From Epiperipatus broadwayi (taxonomy: Eukaryota; Animalia; Onychophora): 64,000 bases of DNA. The position numbers and the translations under genes are program-made. Within the stretch, counting starts at the first letter, position 1, and every line of letters begins with the position of its first letter. Below are positions 13,285-26,632 of this stretch, piece by piece. The notes below the pieces were generated by a model, which had not been told where the DNA came from, made no database searches, and saw only the letters and a program-made list of their open reading frames with translations. The stretch spans positions 16,554,001-16,618,000 of the forward strand of contig JAQFVV010000004.1 of the NCBI GenBank assembly GCA_028023455.1. The letters run 5' to 3'.

Positions 13285-14639
13285 ATTAAGGTAGAATTGT
13301 CTTGTCAAACCACATTTATGAATATAAATACTATTCCCATTTGGAGAAAGGCTGTCCCTGGGATGGCTTGCCCTTTGGTGGAGGAGGGGCCCCGAGAAAA
13401 AGCTGCCCGGGGGGCCGCAACCCATGGCAAAAGGGTTGTCAAACCCATTGAGAAGATAAAGGTCTGTGAAGGCGCAAACCACTGGGAAAGGAGCCATTTG
13501 GAGAAAAGGACGAGGGCTTGTCAAACCACATTTGATGAATGATAAATAAGATTTTCTAAAAAAAATATTTTATAATGAATTTGAGCATGTTGATGGTAGA
13601 AGAAGACTCTATGTTATCTTATTCCAAAAACATTATTAAAGAATGTTGATTGTTTTCACTAAGAAGATAGAGCTGAGGATAGACGACAATATGAGAGCTA
13701 CAATTAGAGAAGGTATTAAAATATTTTAGAAAGAAATTATTTCTAGCTGAAGTTAAGAAACATCATTATAAAGTATCAAATAAACAGAATAATGGACCAG
13801 TATATTTATGGTTCACAGATTGGTTTGTATAGTCATCACAAAATACATCTCCAAAACATATAAATTTGTTGATAAGTGATTGCTGATAATTATGGTGATA
13901 TGGGACTATTTTCACCTGTCATCAATATTGATATATATTGCTGTTTATATCTATTAGTGTATTTCCGATGATATTTTCTGGATGGATTAACCTGATATAT
14001 GTAAATTATCACTATTACAAGTTATAAGCATTCCAGTAAAATTATCTACTTTATGATGTTTTTAATTTTAAGAAAATCTGTATTCAGCATTTTACAATGT
14101 ATATATTCACAATGGTAGTGGTAGTTGTTAAATTCTCCAAAAATATATTTTATGAAGTTATATCCCGAAACTTAACTTATAATATAGCATTGTTGATCAC
14201 ATTGAGATATTATCCTATGAAGCCCTGCTCAGAAGAACAAGTAAGTACTGAAAGTTCTTGAACATCTTATTTAGACATAAATTCATCACTTTATTACTAT
14301 ATTAAATAATTTAGAGACATTATGAATCATAAATTAACAAATATACCAAATTCAAGAAAAATAAAAACGAGGCAACAAAAAGAGACTCTGATAATGAAAA
14401 TTGTTAGAGGAGAGAAAGTAAAATTAATTATACTTTTCAATTCCTCTGTAAATTTCCTATTAAGGCAAAACAATCTATGGATGAAAAAAGAAGTATGAAA
14501 ATAACTAAGAGTAGCTCCTTAGATGAACTGAATACATGAAATTATTTAAATGGTAGGAAAATAAATGAAAGATAACATAAGAAAATGTTAAGTGTGATAT
14601 GGTGAGAGAAGTTTTAGAAGAAAATAAAAATCTCAAGGA

Positions 14640-15230
14640 CATATAAATATCTTGATATTGGGAGATGAGTTACTTTAGCAAAAACAGCAGCAACAACAAC
14701 AAAAAAAAGCATTTCAAGATTATTAAAAACTGGGATGACATCATGAAATATGTGGAAGAATTCTACAAAGAATTGCATCATAATAAAATAACAAGAAAAT
14801 AATTTAACCCATATAAAAACGACATTATTGGAAATGCCATATTTTCTAAATAATGAGATTGGATAAAGCAATGTTCTCATGAAGATATAGAAAAAAATTC
14901 TAAATCAAAAGAGTATATAACAGAAAAAATGAAGTAGTAATATCTGAATGTAAGAATGCTAAAAAAAGATTATATCAATCTTCTGTCAATTGTATACAAT
15001 ATATTAAGTCATTACAATTCATCTCCAAAGATTAGACCAACTAAAGAGACAAGTAGGATTTAAGTAGTGGTTATAGTGCTTTAGAGCATATTTAAATATT
15101 AAGGAGTAACAAAATTGAGTTGCCACTTTGCATTAGGATTGTGGTCATTTGATTCCAAAAACATTTCTGTTGAGATAAAAGTTCATGACATAGACCCAGA
15201 ATATAATTAAAACTGCAGAGGTCATTATCT
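14640..15230 (+). mobile_element. Decayed RTE-like LINE, RT N-terminal region
   Basis: Reads IKNWDDIMKYVEEFYKELH, then remnants of the NYRPISLLS and EQ.GFR.GYS..DHI motifs. Confidence 0.55.
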
Positions 15231-16818
15231 TAAAAAAAGTGTACTGAAAGTCATAGTGGTAGAAATCACTGCAGTAAATCATCTAATCAATGGAAATATT
15301 TTTTTGTTTACTCAGCATATCTTTCAAATATGATCTGCAACACTATTGCTATTTATAATCTATTTAATTGCAGTGACAATATACCATTTTTATGCATGTG
15401 AATCCACAAACGGTCATCTTTAATAGACATTTTATTAATTTAACTACATCATTTTTTTATAATTCATTTTTCTTTATATCTATATATTAGTATTTTAAAA
15501 TTGTTTCTATCCTTGATTTTTTTGATAAGTTTGTTTCATTTCATTTTTTCTTTATAATTAAAATTAATTAATTAGTAGCTGTAACTAGTCATCTATGTTT
15601 CTTAATATAGACTACCTTCATTTTCATAGTATTGACTGGTCATGACACTCATATGAACTACTCATTGGTTTTATATAGATAGTGTCTTACATTTTTTTAA
15701 TGAAGTCAAAATTTTCTGTGTTAAGTAGTTAAGACTTAGAAATTCTAGGGTAGAATGATTCTCCAATATTTTTATTGAAGTTTTGTAGGAAATAAATGCT
15801 TTGGAAATGCAGCAAATATTCAATAAAAACTTTTTAAAAAAAGTTAGATTAAAGATAAATACTGCTAAGACTATAGCTATGTTCAATAGAGTTTTTTTAA
15901 AGAGATAACAAAGATTGGTATTAATGAATTAGAAAAATTAACAATTATAAATTTTTACTGTCAATGAAATCATAGTGAAAGCAATTAATCATGGAATTCT
16001 AAATTTATATTAAGATTAATTTCCATGGGAACCAACTATAGAATTATCTTGCATCATTTTAGGGGAAAATTTTAATAACTTTAATATTAACATTTAAAAA
16101 ATACACACAATTCTGACTTTTTACATTTAAATTAGTGTATTTTATAGAAGATTTGAATAAACACATGCTTAATGAAAATATAGTTTCAAACTCCCACAAG
16201 GGTGTTTTTCTTGGAGCTTTAAGTTTCTATTTTAGCATCTTTTACCAATTTTTGTTTTTCGTTTTAGTTTTCAATTAACTCTTATTTTATGAGTGTTGAT
16301 ACCATTATCTTTACTTTCACTATATTATAGTCTAGTCTAGGCGTTTCATATATTTATGTACTGATAATTATTATTATTGGTGATTCAAAATTTCCTATCA
16401 CTGCCTATTTGCAATTGTTGTAATGCTCTATTATAGGTAGAGGTTGTATCAAGAAAGATTTCAGATTTAACTCAATGATTTTAGAGGACACTTAAATAAT
16501 TGTAAAATTAACTCCCAAAAAGAAGAGGAAACTCTAGACTTTATAAATTATTTAATAATTAAAAAAATTATATATTTGTGTTTTTAAGATTTATTGTAAC
16601 TTAATATTCTACTAGCTATATAATTATCAAAAAATGATAATATATATATCAATAATAATAATAATAAAATATTCTATTTGATTTATTGCTAATCTGAGTG
16701 CCGAAGTATCAGTAATGGATTCTATCTGAAGATCTCATACTCCAGTGACAGACACTCTACCATTGCACGAAACCACGCAGGGCTTTAAGTCAACATTTAA
16801 ACGTTAATGGGTACTTAC

Positions 16819-16888
16819 GTATTAATCCGACGATGATGAAAAATGTTGGCACAAACAAATGTGTAAATAATGACCGAATTAAACACAT
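16819..16888 (-). CDS. Candidate first coding exon (signal-peptide-like) of an unidentified minus-strand gene
   Basis: ATG at 16888; 70 nt encode MCLIRSLFTHLFVPTFFIIVGLI plus 1 nt, then a consensus GTAAGT donor (phase 1). Lies in a locally CpG-rich stretch. No downstream exon identified. Confidence 0.3.
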
Positions 16889-17551
16889 TTACAATCTTTT
16901 AAAACGAAAACAATTTTTTAAGTGAATATCCCGATCTGAAGAAAGTTGGTATCAAAATGTTGATTTATTATCTAATATTCACAAAAAAATTGTTTTTGTT
17001 TTTAGATTGTAAATGTGTTTATTTCGGTCTTTATTTACAATTTTGTTTGTGCCGGCGTTATAATATAAGTGCATAATTTCCTCTATGTACAAAATGTTTT
17101 TTTTCCTCTTACCAACAATCGCCAGACTAATACTTATCTGAAATCTTACCGTCGGACTATGCATGTACCAGTTAATTAATGATAAAATTACTACGATTGT
17201 GTGTTTGTTATGTTTATATATACGCACACACATATAAATTCTAAAGTGCAAAATTAAAAGGAATATGTGTATATATAAAAAAATAAAATGTAGACTTTAA
17301 ACATAGATTTTTTAAAAAATTTTACTATATAAACATTGAATACAACGTTAAATTAACGATACTTAAATCTAAAACGTATTTCAAATTAAAAATATTAATT
17401 TATTATTTTGCTTTTATAAAGTAGTAGTAAGAAAAAATTTTAAGTATCGTCAAAAGTAATTACTTAACTATTTTTATTTATGCAGATTTTTTAATTTATT
17501 TTAAGTCTCGTAATTGTTAATAGAAAATAATTTATGGATTCAGATTGTGTA

Positions 17552-17685
17552 TATCATTTTCAAGCATTATCGATCCACTTCAGGATGAAGGTTTCGTCAA
17601 CTTCAAACCAGTGTCTCCGATTTCTAGCCTCTTCTCTACACCACCCAACACACTTCCTTATTTCATCCATCCATCTTACATATAT
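17552..17685 (-). mobile_element. RTE LINE extreme 3' end, 5'-truncated
   Basis: ORF track: YVRWMDEIRKCVGWCREEARNRRHWFEVDETFILKW; same family as 43830-44068. Confidence 0.8.
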
Positions 17686-20039
17686 ACAAATACATATACT
17701 TCCCATCAAACCCTTAATGGTATAATGAAGTAGTCGAGTGTTAGATTCGGAGCATATGGCCTTAGGTAGGATTGATTCCGGTTCTAGCATTTTTGGTGCT
17801 CGAACTTCTTACAGATTCCCGAGCAATAAATCCACACGATTATTATTTTAATTATCATTATTGTAATTTGCATCAATGTGTATTTTATATAAAAATTAAA
17901 ATGTAAAATATTCCAAAAGTAAATATCTACCTAAAAAATAGACAATGAGACATCTTAAGGCATTTACATTACAAATTCTAAAAATTTATCTCTAAAATGC
18001 TTGATGATGATTTTAATTTTTCAACTCGTATATGGACCCATACACAAGTTGAAAATATATTTAAATTTATACTTTAAATAAAACTATTGTTCCTTATATA
18101 ACTTGAATAAATACAAAAATATTTACTTAATATACTACTATAATGTTTTTATTATCATATTTCAATTTCTCTTTCATTATAAACGTTTTATTTTTCCGTA
18201 GAATGCAATTGTTTTTAAAAATCACATTTTGCAAACTGTTGCATCTTGATGCAATATTGGGCGGATTCCCTGCGAGCTTCTCTGAGGTTTTTGACTCCCG
18301 TGATATTTACATCATTTTTATAGATTAATTAAAAAACAATATGCATTTGTCTTACTTTCCAATGCTGGAAGCAGTTAGTCTTTGAGTAGCTACCTAGAGG
18401 GTGCGTACAATGACCTTGATTGGTCTTTTGTTGTTTTAAAAATAAAATCCCCTGTAGTTCTTTTGCATTTCCTTTAGCCTGGGTTACTTGAAGTCCTTGT
18501 TCTAATCTTGCAGCCTTTATTGAAATAATTACTTTGCTGCAAAATACACATTTCTGCTGATTAATTAATGCTGCCTGTTAATTGACTTTGCACAGAGAAA
18601 ATGGTATTTCAAAATGACCCTCCAGGAACTAATGTATGTTTACTTTTTTTTTTTTTAACTTAATTTCAGAGTAAACAATCTTTATTGAAGTAGGAGAAAT
18701 AATAAAAACATGTCTCTTAGGTTTAGTTGTCTGTGTTCGTATAAAATAAAAATAAAGGATCTGTAAATAATGTAATTTATTTATTATATTTAACTGCAGC
18801 GCAAATTAAAAATTCAAAACTTTTCATAAAATGAATGAATTGTCCCAAAGAATTTTCATTTATCAGAGGTAAAATCAACTAATGTTCCCTTTAATGTTGT
18901 AGCCATCCATATTGAGGCATGCGCATATCTAACTGGTAAGCCAAATATTAATTTGTAGAAAAATGTAGCTACAATCTTGCTATAAGCTCCTATTAAACTT
19001 TATTTAAAATGTTGTTCTAGTTGATAATATTTCATCTTCAAATTTAATTTTGATCCTATATGTATCCTTTGGAAGAATTGCCTAAAAAGTATGTTGCATA
19101 TATTCCCGATTGAAAATAATTTATACAAATTACCAATCTTTAATAGTAATAATAATAGGTCAATCACCCTCAAAGTATTGTTATATTATTATGCCTTTGA
19201 TGTTTTTCAATGGGTACAATGCCCTGTACGGTTTTATTTGACAATTAAAAACTATTAAAAAAAATAAGATTAATTTATATATGTATGTAAATATTAATTA
19301 ACCCAGCAGTATATAAATGAACTATAAATGGAAAGAGTCTAAACATTTTAATAAATAAAAATATTCACTTTCAGTATGCCAGAACACATTAAGACTAGAA
19401 TGAAGGAAATGAAAATGAGTGTTTGCACTTATTCACAACTAGAAAGAGTTTAGTCTACTTTCATTTTAATTTCATTTATATTTTGTTATGTTAATTATTA
19501 TTTACTTACTTATTGATTTCTAACATTTATTAACATTAAATCAAAATGGTTAAAAGTGATATTCTTTTTCTATTCTTTGTTTAATCGATTATGATTTCAA
19601 ATTTCGTAATTGGTCCTAGATGTGACTTTTATTTTCAAATTGTAACACTATCGGAATGCAAAGCATTATCAACAACAAAAGATTTAGGAGATGTTCTTAT
19701 TATGTTCTAACACCATGAATGGGTTTGTATTTATTTGCAATTGAAGACGGTTTAGTTTTTTGTTTCATTTGTATTGTATATATGTGTGTGTGAGTACTTA
19801 AATTCTTATCAGAAAAATCAATTAAAGTATGACATTCCAACATGTTTACTAGTTGCTTTACTTTTTTACTCTTTTATTTCAATTTCATCTCCATTTTTTA
19901 TTTTATATAATCAATCACTCATAAATGAATATGGAAATTGATATGAAGCCAAAGCTTAAAAATCAAAATGAATTTTGTGGTAGATCTCAAATACGTCCAT
20001 ATTTGTCATTGCACTAAAGTTTAAGATCCTGATTTAGAG

Positions 20040-20195
20040 TTTGCTCACTGCCATTCTGAATTCTAATGACCATCCAAAACCACCACCGACACTTCCAAGT
20101 GATAAGTGACTGTGAATAATCCACGTGCCGTTGCTTGGATGTGTCAGCGGTGGTTTTGGCTGGTCTTTAGATTTCAAAATGGTAGTGAGTGCAAA
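20040..20195. repeat. Hairpin/MITE-like inverted repeat (~62-bp arms)
   Basis: TTTGCTCACTGCCATTCTGAATTCTAATGACCATCCAAAACCACC... pairs with ...GGTGGTTTTGGCTGGTCTTTAGATTTCAAAATGGTAGTGAGTGCAAA. Confidence 0.85.
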
Positions 20196-21348
20196 TTAAA
20201 TCGGTACCAAAAAATCATGTTCATCAAAATATTTTTAGGAAGATTCATCATTTTATTTATATCAAATGTCCAATGAGCCTTTATAATAGTAATGGCATTA
20301 TAATCTTACTGACATACTTTTAGAGATTTAGTAGTAACCTTAAATAAAATCTTATAGTATTTTTATGTTATATTGTTAGACAATGTAAGTTTTATTTCCA
20401 GAAGATATGATACACGTTTGAAACACGTCCATACTTCGTATTCCATAAGCAAATAATTAACCTAAAAGAACTGCTTGAGAAAAATATCAAAAATTTTAAT
20501 CTATATAATGCCATTGTAATTATTCACAGTATTAGAACCATGTGGCTTGCTCGCTGTTTTGTAATTTTCGATAACAAAAAATATGTTCTAAAATAATAAT
20601 AATAATGAGTGGTATAATGTATATTTATATGCTCTAAATTACTATGAGAAAACTTGGCAAAACAATATTGTGCTTAGTTGTTCAGACACTAATCAAAATA
20701 AATATATTTTATAAGTTTTGCATTTTATGTCATATAAAAAATTTTTTTCCCGCAGTACATATGTTTATACTTGTACATAATTTGTAAATAGTAAAGTCTA
20801 TTTTATATATATATAAAGTTTTACTTCCATATAATAAATTGGACAAAATATTAGTGCTATATAAAATTAACATATCTGTGGTAGTTATATCATTATAATT
20901 TATTAATTCTTTTTTTTAATTTTCTAAATGTAGTAGTAGCTCATAGGAGTCTATTGCACTTTTACATGCAGAGCTATATTTATATTTAATTTGATTCATA
21001 TTTTCAAAATAATAATCGTTGAAGCTTAAAATTGCTGATGATTTTTTCCTCTTACTGGCTGATAAAAAGTACTTTTTTAAACATTAATTACTAAATCAAT
21101 GGCTAAATAATTAAAGAATATTCTTATATATTAGCTTTTGAAATGAATAGATAGCACAATCATTAGCATATTATAAATATAAAAGCTAAGAATAAATATG
21201 CTTGTATATATAGTACACAAATCCAATATCTTTAGAATAAGACCTGATTTTAATGCAACTATCATTTAACCTTGGAGTATATTAATGTATGATTTGTCAC
21301 CAAACTGAAGCTGTAGGTATTCATGTAATGTGAACTTCTTTTACATTT

Positions 21349-21962
21349 TGACTAGGATTAATAAACCATAAAATTACAAAAGTCTTCAAATACTGGGAAA
21401 TGGAATCAAAGTATTTAAATCTTATTTTAAAAATAAATATGGATGCCATGCCCACCAATTGGTTCCTACATTATAAAAGAGGCATATCTAAAATCAACCC
21501 AATATGCCCCAGTTGCAAAAGAACAGAAGAGACATTTAATCATATCATTGAGAACTGTCATGGACTACTAATAACAAAACAATACATCTATAGAAACATT
21601 AAAGCGGACTACTACACCATTACATCATTAAAACAAAGTATCCAATCTAAACATTTCGTGACCATAAGGTTATCCCTTTACATAATAATGGCAATATGGT
21701 TGGTGAGATGCAACAGAATCTTCAACCACCCACATCAAAATGAAGAAATTTTTATTAGCAACAAATTAAAGGAATTCAGGAGAGATCTAATTCTGGTGCC
21801 TATTATTAAACACAATGATACATGGAGCCTCATAAATGAAGATTGACTTAGAAGATTAAGGAAGTACCAAATAGTACACTGACATAGTATAGACCTCAAG
21901 ATTCAACAGACCAATCAATAAACATCAATGTATATATAAAGCCTTAATAAATATATTGAGAA
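21349..21962 (+). mobile_element. 5'-truncated Tx1/L1-like LINE: ORF2 C-terminus with zinc knuckle plus 3' UTR
   Basis: Open frame to 21846 with CPSCKRTEETFNHIIENC and IWLVRCNRIFN (CX2C..E...H...C and W..RN..IF motifs of L1/Tx1 ORF2); AATAAA near 21945. Confidence 0.75.
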
Positions 21963-23028
21963 ACTATAACGTAATTTATTAGATATCTTTTTTTTTTTTA
22001 GTATTGATACATTATCATTTCATTATTGGGATTTTTTATTTATAAACAAAGTTTTCATAATAACCAATTTGTATGTTCTGTAAAAATTCAAACGTAAGTT
22101 TGTACCATTATTCCCAATAATTTTGTACTATTGTTTACAATTGTTATTAACATGTATATTAAATTTTCTATTGAAAAAATTCAGTCTAAAAACTTTTTCA
22201 GCTGTGCAAAATAGTGAAGAATTTCAAGACTAGTAAATACCAAATAACCTCATAGCAAATCTAAACTATGCAATCTTTTTTCACTAGATGGCACTTCAAA
22301 AAAAACTTGTAATGAATCAAACTTCCTTTTTATGGAAGAGCTGCTATATCAATATCAAATCAGGCAGTTTCTTAGTTATAATGTTCACGTATTCCATATA
22401 TTTATATTTTTTAAAAAATTTATAATATTTGTCTTAATTATTATCACTACTTTTTGCTTTTCTATAATTATTATCACTGATTTTATAATTATTTCTATTG
22501 TTGTAATGTGCCATTCACCAGGCATAATGCATTAGTCAGATTGTGTGTGGCAATCTTTTTTTAGATGTTCTTTACTAGATTTTTCAACTTATATAGCAGA
22601 TATTAATATGCTCAAATAGGGCTTTGTAATCATACAATCATCTGACAAGTGAAACTCTTAATCCAAATTCAGTAACAAATAACTGATTATTATTGTAATA
22701 TTCTTATTAAAGTCACAACAAAGGACAACTAGTTTTTTTAAATCTGTCTCAGCCATTGCTTTCTCAGTGCTAAAAGCTTTGCAAAAAACAAAATGAAAAA
22801 AAATGCATGTAATTAAATTTCCATTATCATAACAACTAATGGATGCAGATGAGCAATATGAGAGCTTCATGATACCCAAACTCTAAATTAATTTGGCTGA
22901 AGTTAGTAAAATAAAAATTGTTTGTTTCAAAAATACTATTTAGATAAGCTATTAATTAATTGCTATTGGGATCCATAAAATCTATGCAAAAACAATAATT
23001 TAAAAATATAATTACTATATTAATTTAT

Positions 23029-23145
23029 ATATAAGGGACTCAAACTCAGACTTTCACATGACCCTCAACTCTCCATGCCATGTGAAAGTCTGAGTTCGAG
23101 TCTCTTATATATTACATTATATGTGCAGGTGTGTACAGGGTATTA
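23029..23145. mobile_element. Family-A fold-back element, short copy (no ribozyme core)
   Basis: Arms ...AAGGGACTCAAACTCAGACTTTCACATG / CATGTGAAAGTCTGAGTTCGAGTCTCTT...; flanked by AATTACTATATTAATTTAT (23010) and AATTACATATTAATTTAT (23146), a probable TSD with one indel. Confidence 0.8.
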
Positions 23146-24344
23146 AATTACATATTAATTTATGTATTTTACAAATTAATTTCTAGAATTATATTTGTGT
23201 ATTATTATGGGATTTTTTAAAATCTAACTTATTCTTTCCACATTCATTTTTATATAAATGAATACAGTTTTTTGAGTTCTTAAGTACATTTGGCTGGTTT
23301 TTATTTTATTTTATGTAATGTTTTGTGCTCACTTAAGGTTATTTAGAAATAATTGTGTCAGTAAAATTCTTTGGCTATATTGAGACTAGCTCCCATATGG
23401 TTTTGATTTACCATTATAAAATTGTATAAATAGTATATAGGTGTTTTTAAATTAAATTTATTTTATTCGGATTTTTCTAAAGGCTATTTTTGAATGCAGA
23501 GACAACTACATGATTGCTTATTATTCCTAGTACCAACTGTTTTAGGGTGATCTACCTGGATGTTTTGGGGGTGTGGCTAGAGAATGAAATGTTTAAGATT
23601 ATTTCAGTATTTTGATTTTCATTTTTTTATTAATATTTAATTATTTTTTTCTATTTTTAGAGGTCTCTCTTGCTAAAATTAAGCACTCAAGGCGCATGTA
23701 CTAAAGTTTTAGCCTTAAAAAAGTACTATTTAATAATTGTAAAACAAATTAACCAGAACTACCCTCTTACTTTTTGCTTACCTGTTTGTATTTTTTGAAC
23801 CAGTAAGAAAAATTGTAAAGATTTTTGGGAAAGAAAATGCTATAGATATTTTACCACATGGCATATTAATAATTCTAAAGCCAAGATATATCATAATAAA
23901 CAAAATTCTATTAGATATAAGATTAAAATCTAACATCAAATATTATTGAATATGATCAAAATAACTATAATGGTTAAAAAGATAGGAATGAATTGAAAAC
24001 AAATATATAGAATAAATAAAATAACACATTACTTTTTAACTTTGCAAATATAATTGAAGTCATATTATTCTCACCTGAAAATTCTCATGTACCACTAATT
24101 AAATGCACCTTATTAATACTAATTATAATAAGCCACTTTATTATTTTGTATAGTCAAGTTAATGATTTAAACATTCAAATCAATCAAAAACTTTGAATTC
24201 AGGCCTGCAACATATATATATATATGTGTGTGTGTGTGAGAGAGAGAGAAACAATTCAGAGTTTTGTAATTTGGGAAAAGAAATATCAAGTTATATATCC
24301 TATGTGTAATTTCAAGAGATTTAAAACTTTTCTAAACAAAAACG

Positions 24345-25465
24345 CAATTCACTATAAATCATACAACACACATACTAAGAAAAGCTTGTTTAATACTTTA
24401 AAATAAGTATACTAAATGTATCAAAATCATATGCTGAGCATACTTTCAATTAATTTATAGTCATAATCATAGGTATTATTATCCAAGAGAATTGTGAGAT
24501 TTATAGAAGAATTACTAAAGTAGTGATTTACATAATATTTGAGTATAAGGTGTAAATGAATTTATTTACATGAGCCATTGGATAGAGGATACAGGATTCT
24601 TTTTGTTGATTGCATGTATATTATTGGTGCTGTGCCAGATCTTTTTAACTTTGTGTTTGGCATTGTTTCTCTCAGAGCAGACAATACTGGTGGATATGCA
24701 TTCAAAGCCGCAACCAGTTTGGACTGTTGTTTAAGAAAGATGGATTTAATGTCCATATTAGTTTTGACTTTTGTAATTCTTGTGAGGGATTGGCATGAGA
24801 TTCTCCAAAGTATACTGCACTGCAGTTTGTGTTATTGGATATAATTTTATATAGTACTTGGGAAATCTGCTCTGGTGGCAATTTATCTTTTATATTGAAT
24901 TGCCTGATTAACAATATGAAAGATAAGTTGCCACCAGAGCAGGTTTCCCAAGTAATGTATAAAATTACATGCAATGTCACTAACTGTAACACAGTTTACT
25001 TTGGATAATCTCATACCAATCTCTCTACAAGAATTACATATCACAAATATCAATACAGTTGAGCCAAAACTAATACAGATATTAAATCTATCTTACTCGA
25101 ACACCACAGTCACAGCTTTGAACCTACATCCACCAGTATTATATTTCTTCGAGAAACAATGCCAAATGTAAAGTTAAAGAGGCCTGGCATATTGCCAATA
25201 ATGTAAATACAATCAACAAGAATCCTGTGTTCTCTTGTCAAAAAATGGTTCAGGTAAATAAATTAATTTACATTTTATAATCAAACCATTTTTGTGATTC
25301 TTCTATAAATCCCATAATCCTCTTGAATAATTATAGCTGTGAGTATGATTACTAGTTAGTTGAAAGCGTGCTCAGCATACTGTTTTGATGTATTTAGCAT
25401 GTTTATTTTAAAGTATTAAATGAGATTTTCTTAGTATACATGTTGTATGTATTATTTATATTGAA
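24345..25465. mobile_element. Head-to-head inverted duplication of a Penelope-like element 3' end: decayed GIY-YIG endonuclease plus 3' terminal region
   Basis: Plus arm from 24915 reads NNMKDKLPPEQVSQVMYKITCNVTNCNTVYFG*SHTNLSTRITYHK...SILLEHHSHSF...LRETMPNVKLK then, after a frameshift, EAWHIANNVNTIN (VYKI.C..C...YIGE..R...H, EA..I pattern). The minus arm reads KDKLPPEQISQVLYKIISNNTNCSAVYFGES. Arms about 550 bp. Confidence 0.8.
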
Positions 25466-26410
25466 TATCTTACGTCGGATTATACAATACCACACTAAAC
25501 ATCAGAGTTCTACGTAATCGTTACAAGTCTATTTTAAGAAAAATGCTAGCCAACATCAAAGGCAATTAATTGATAATATTTACACATGTTGATTAATCTG
25601 CATTGATGATGTTATCACTTTCACTCTCCATTTTTTTTTTTAATTAATAATGTATGATATTTTCATTTTTTTAACCGTTTCAAATTCTATTATTTTTATT
25701 GTACATTTTTTAAAATTTATTTTTATACAATTTTCTTATTGGGGGGGGGGGGGTAAATGTGTTTTTCGATTATTAAACTTCTGCTATTCAATTTTTGAAA
25801 AATTATCTTTTAAAAATCCAATCACAGACCTGCAATGTCTTTATTTTTTATTGTAGTTCTTTATCTTTTTATTATAATTATTCGTATAGGAACAGATTTT
25901 GTATCTGCAGAGAACAAATGTATTCTTAGTGCTATTGCTTTATATTCAATTGCTTTTATACTTTTGTGCTTTAATTTACAATTGTTATATTATATTCATC
26001 TATGAAAACACATTTGAGGAGCTATATGAGGGCTCAATCTAATTAATGACACCTCTTTGACCCAAAGTAAATCTTAAGAATCATTAACATATATATATTA
26101 CCAGACATGTGTGATTATAATAGCAAATGAGCAAAAAAAAAAAATGAATGAATAAAAATTAAGATTACCATGAACAGTGCATTAGATAATCACATGTTTT
26201 ATCATTCAGGCGGTCATAAAAAATGACGCAGCTGAAGCCGTGACAAGACTTTGAACTCCAGAGACCACTATTCTATTATTAGACTAAACTATGCAAGTTG
26301 TAAAAGAATTTATACATATATTTGAACTTTATTAAATTTAGAATCTATATTTAAAGTTAATTTAAATACAATAATTTCTAACTTAATAAAAGATGATTAA
26401 TAATCATTTA

Positions 26411-26632
26411 ATTATTTATTTATCTTTTCAATATGAGTGTGATGTCAAGCTTTGGTGGCTGAGTGGTTAGCACAGGTGCCTTACAAGCAGTTGTCCCGGG
26501 ATTCGCTTCGCGGCCGACGCTTTGATACATTAAAAAAAAAAAAAACATGTTTGTGATCAGGTGGGTTAGCAATATGAGATGGTATAGAGAATTGACGGTC
26601 ATGTGAAAGTCTGAGTTCGAATCCCTTATATA
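26411..26632 (+). mobile_element. Family-A element, 5'-truncated single arm, interrupted by a mini-SINE
   Basis: ATTATTTATCTTTTCAA...[SINE]...GTGATCAGGTGGGTTAGCAATATGAGATGG...ATGTGAAAGTCTGAGTTCGAATCC matches the arm at 35320-35414. Confidence 0.8.
26444..26545 (+). mobile_element. tRNA-Gly-derived mini-SINE, copy 3, with A-tail and ~14-bp TSD
   Basis: tRNA-like core 26449-26520 (72 nt; TGGCTGAGTGG A-box, CTTACAA loop). Direct repeats AATATGAGTGTGAT (26430) and AACATGTTTGTGAT (26544), 11/14 identical. Confidence 0.85.

Noticed and set aside
12452-13289. 244-272 aa repetitive ORFs in three frames, or a CRISPR-like array
   Set aside because: The 48-bp unit is a multiple of 3 and lacks stops in those frames; units are contiguous with no unique spacers, and the context is eukaryotic.
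13297-13542. GC-rich 81-86 aa ORFs
   Set aside because: They lie in the garbled segment beside the minisatellite, probably a sequencing or assembly artefact.
16726-16775. CTGAAGA...GAAAC hammerhead candidate
   Set aside because: No stem II or stem I pairing.
26449-26520. Functional tRNA-Val(TAC) gene
   Set aside because: Body is Gly-type, stems have mismatches, the T-loop is altered, it has an A-tail and TSD, and related copies differ at the anticodon.
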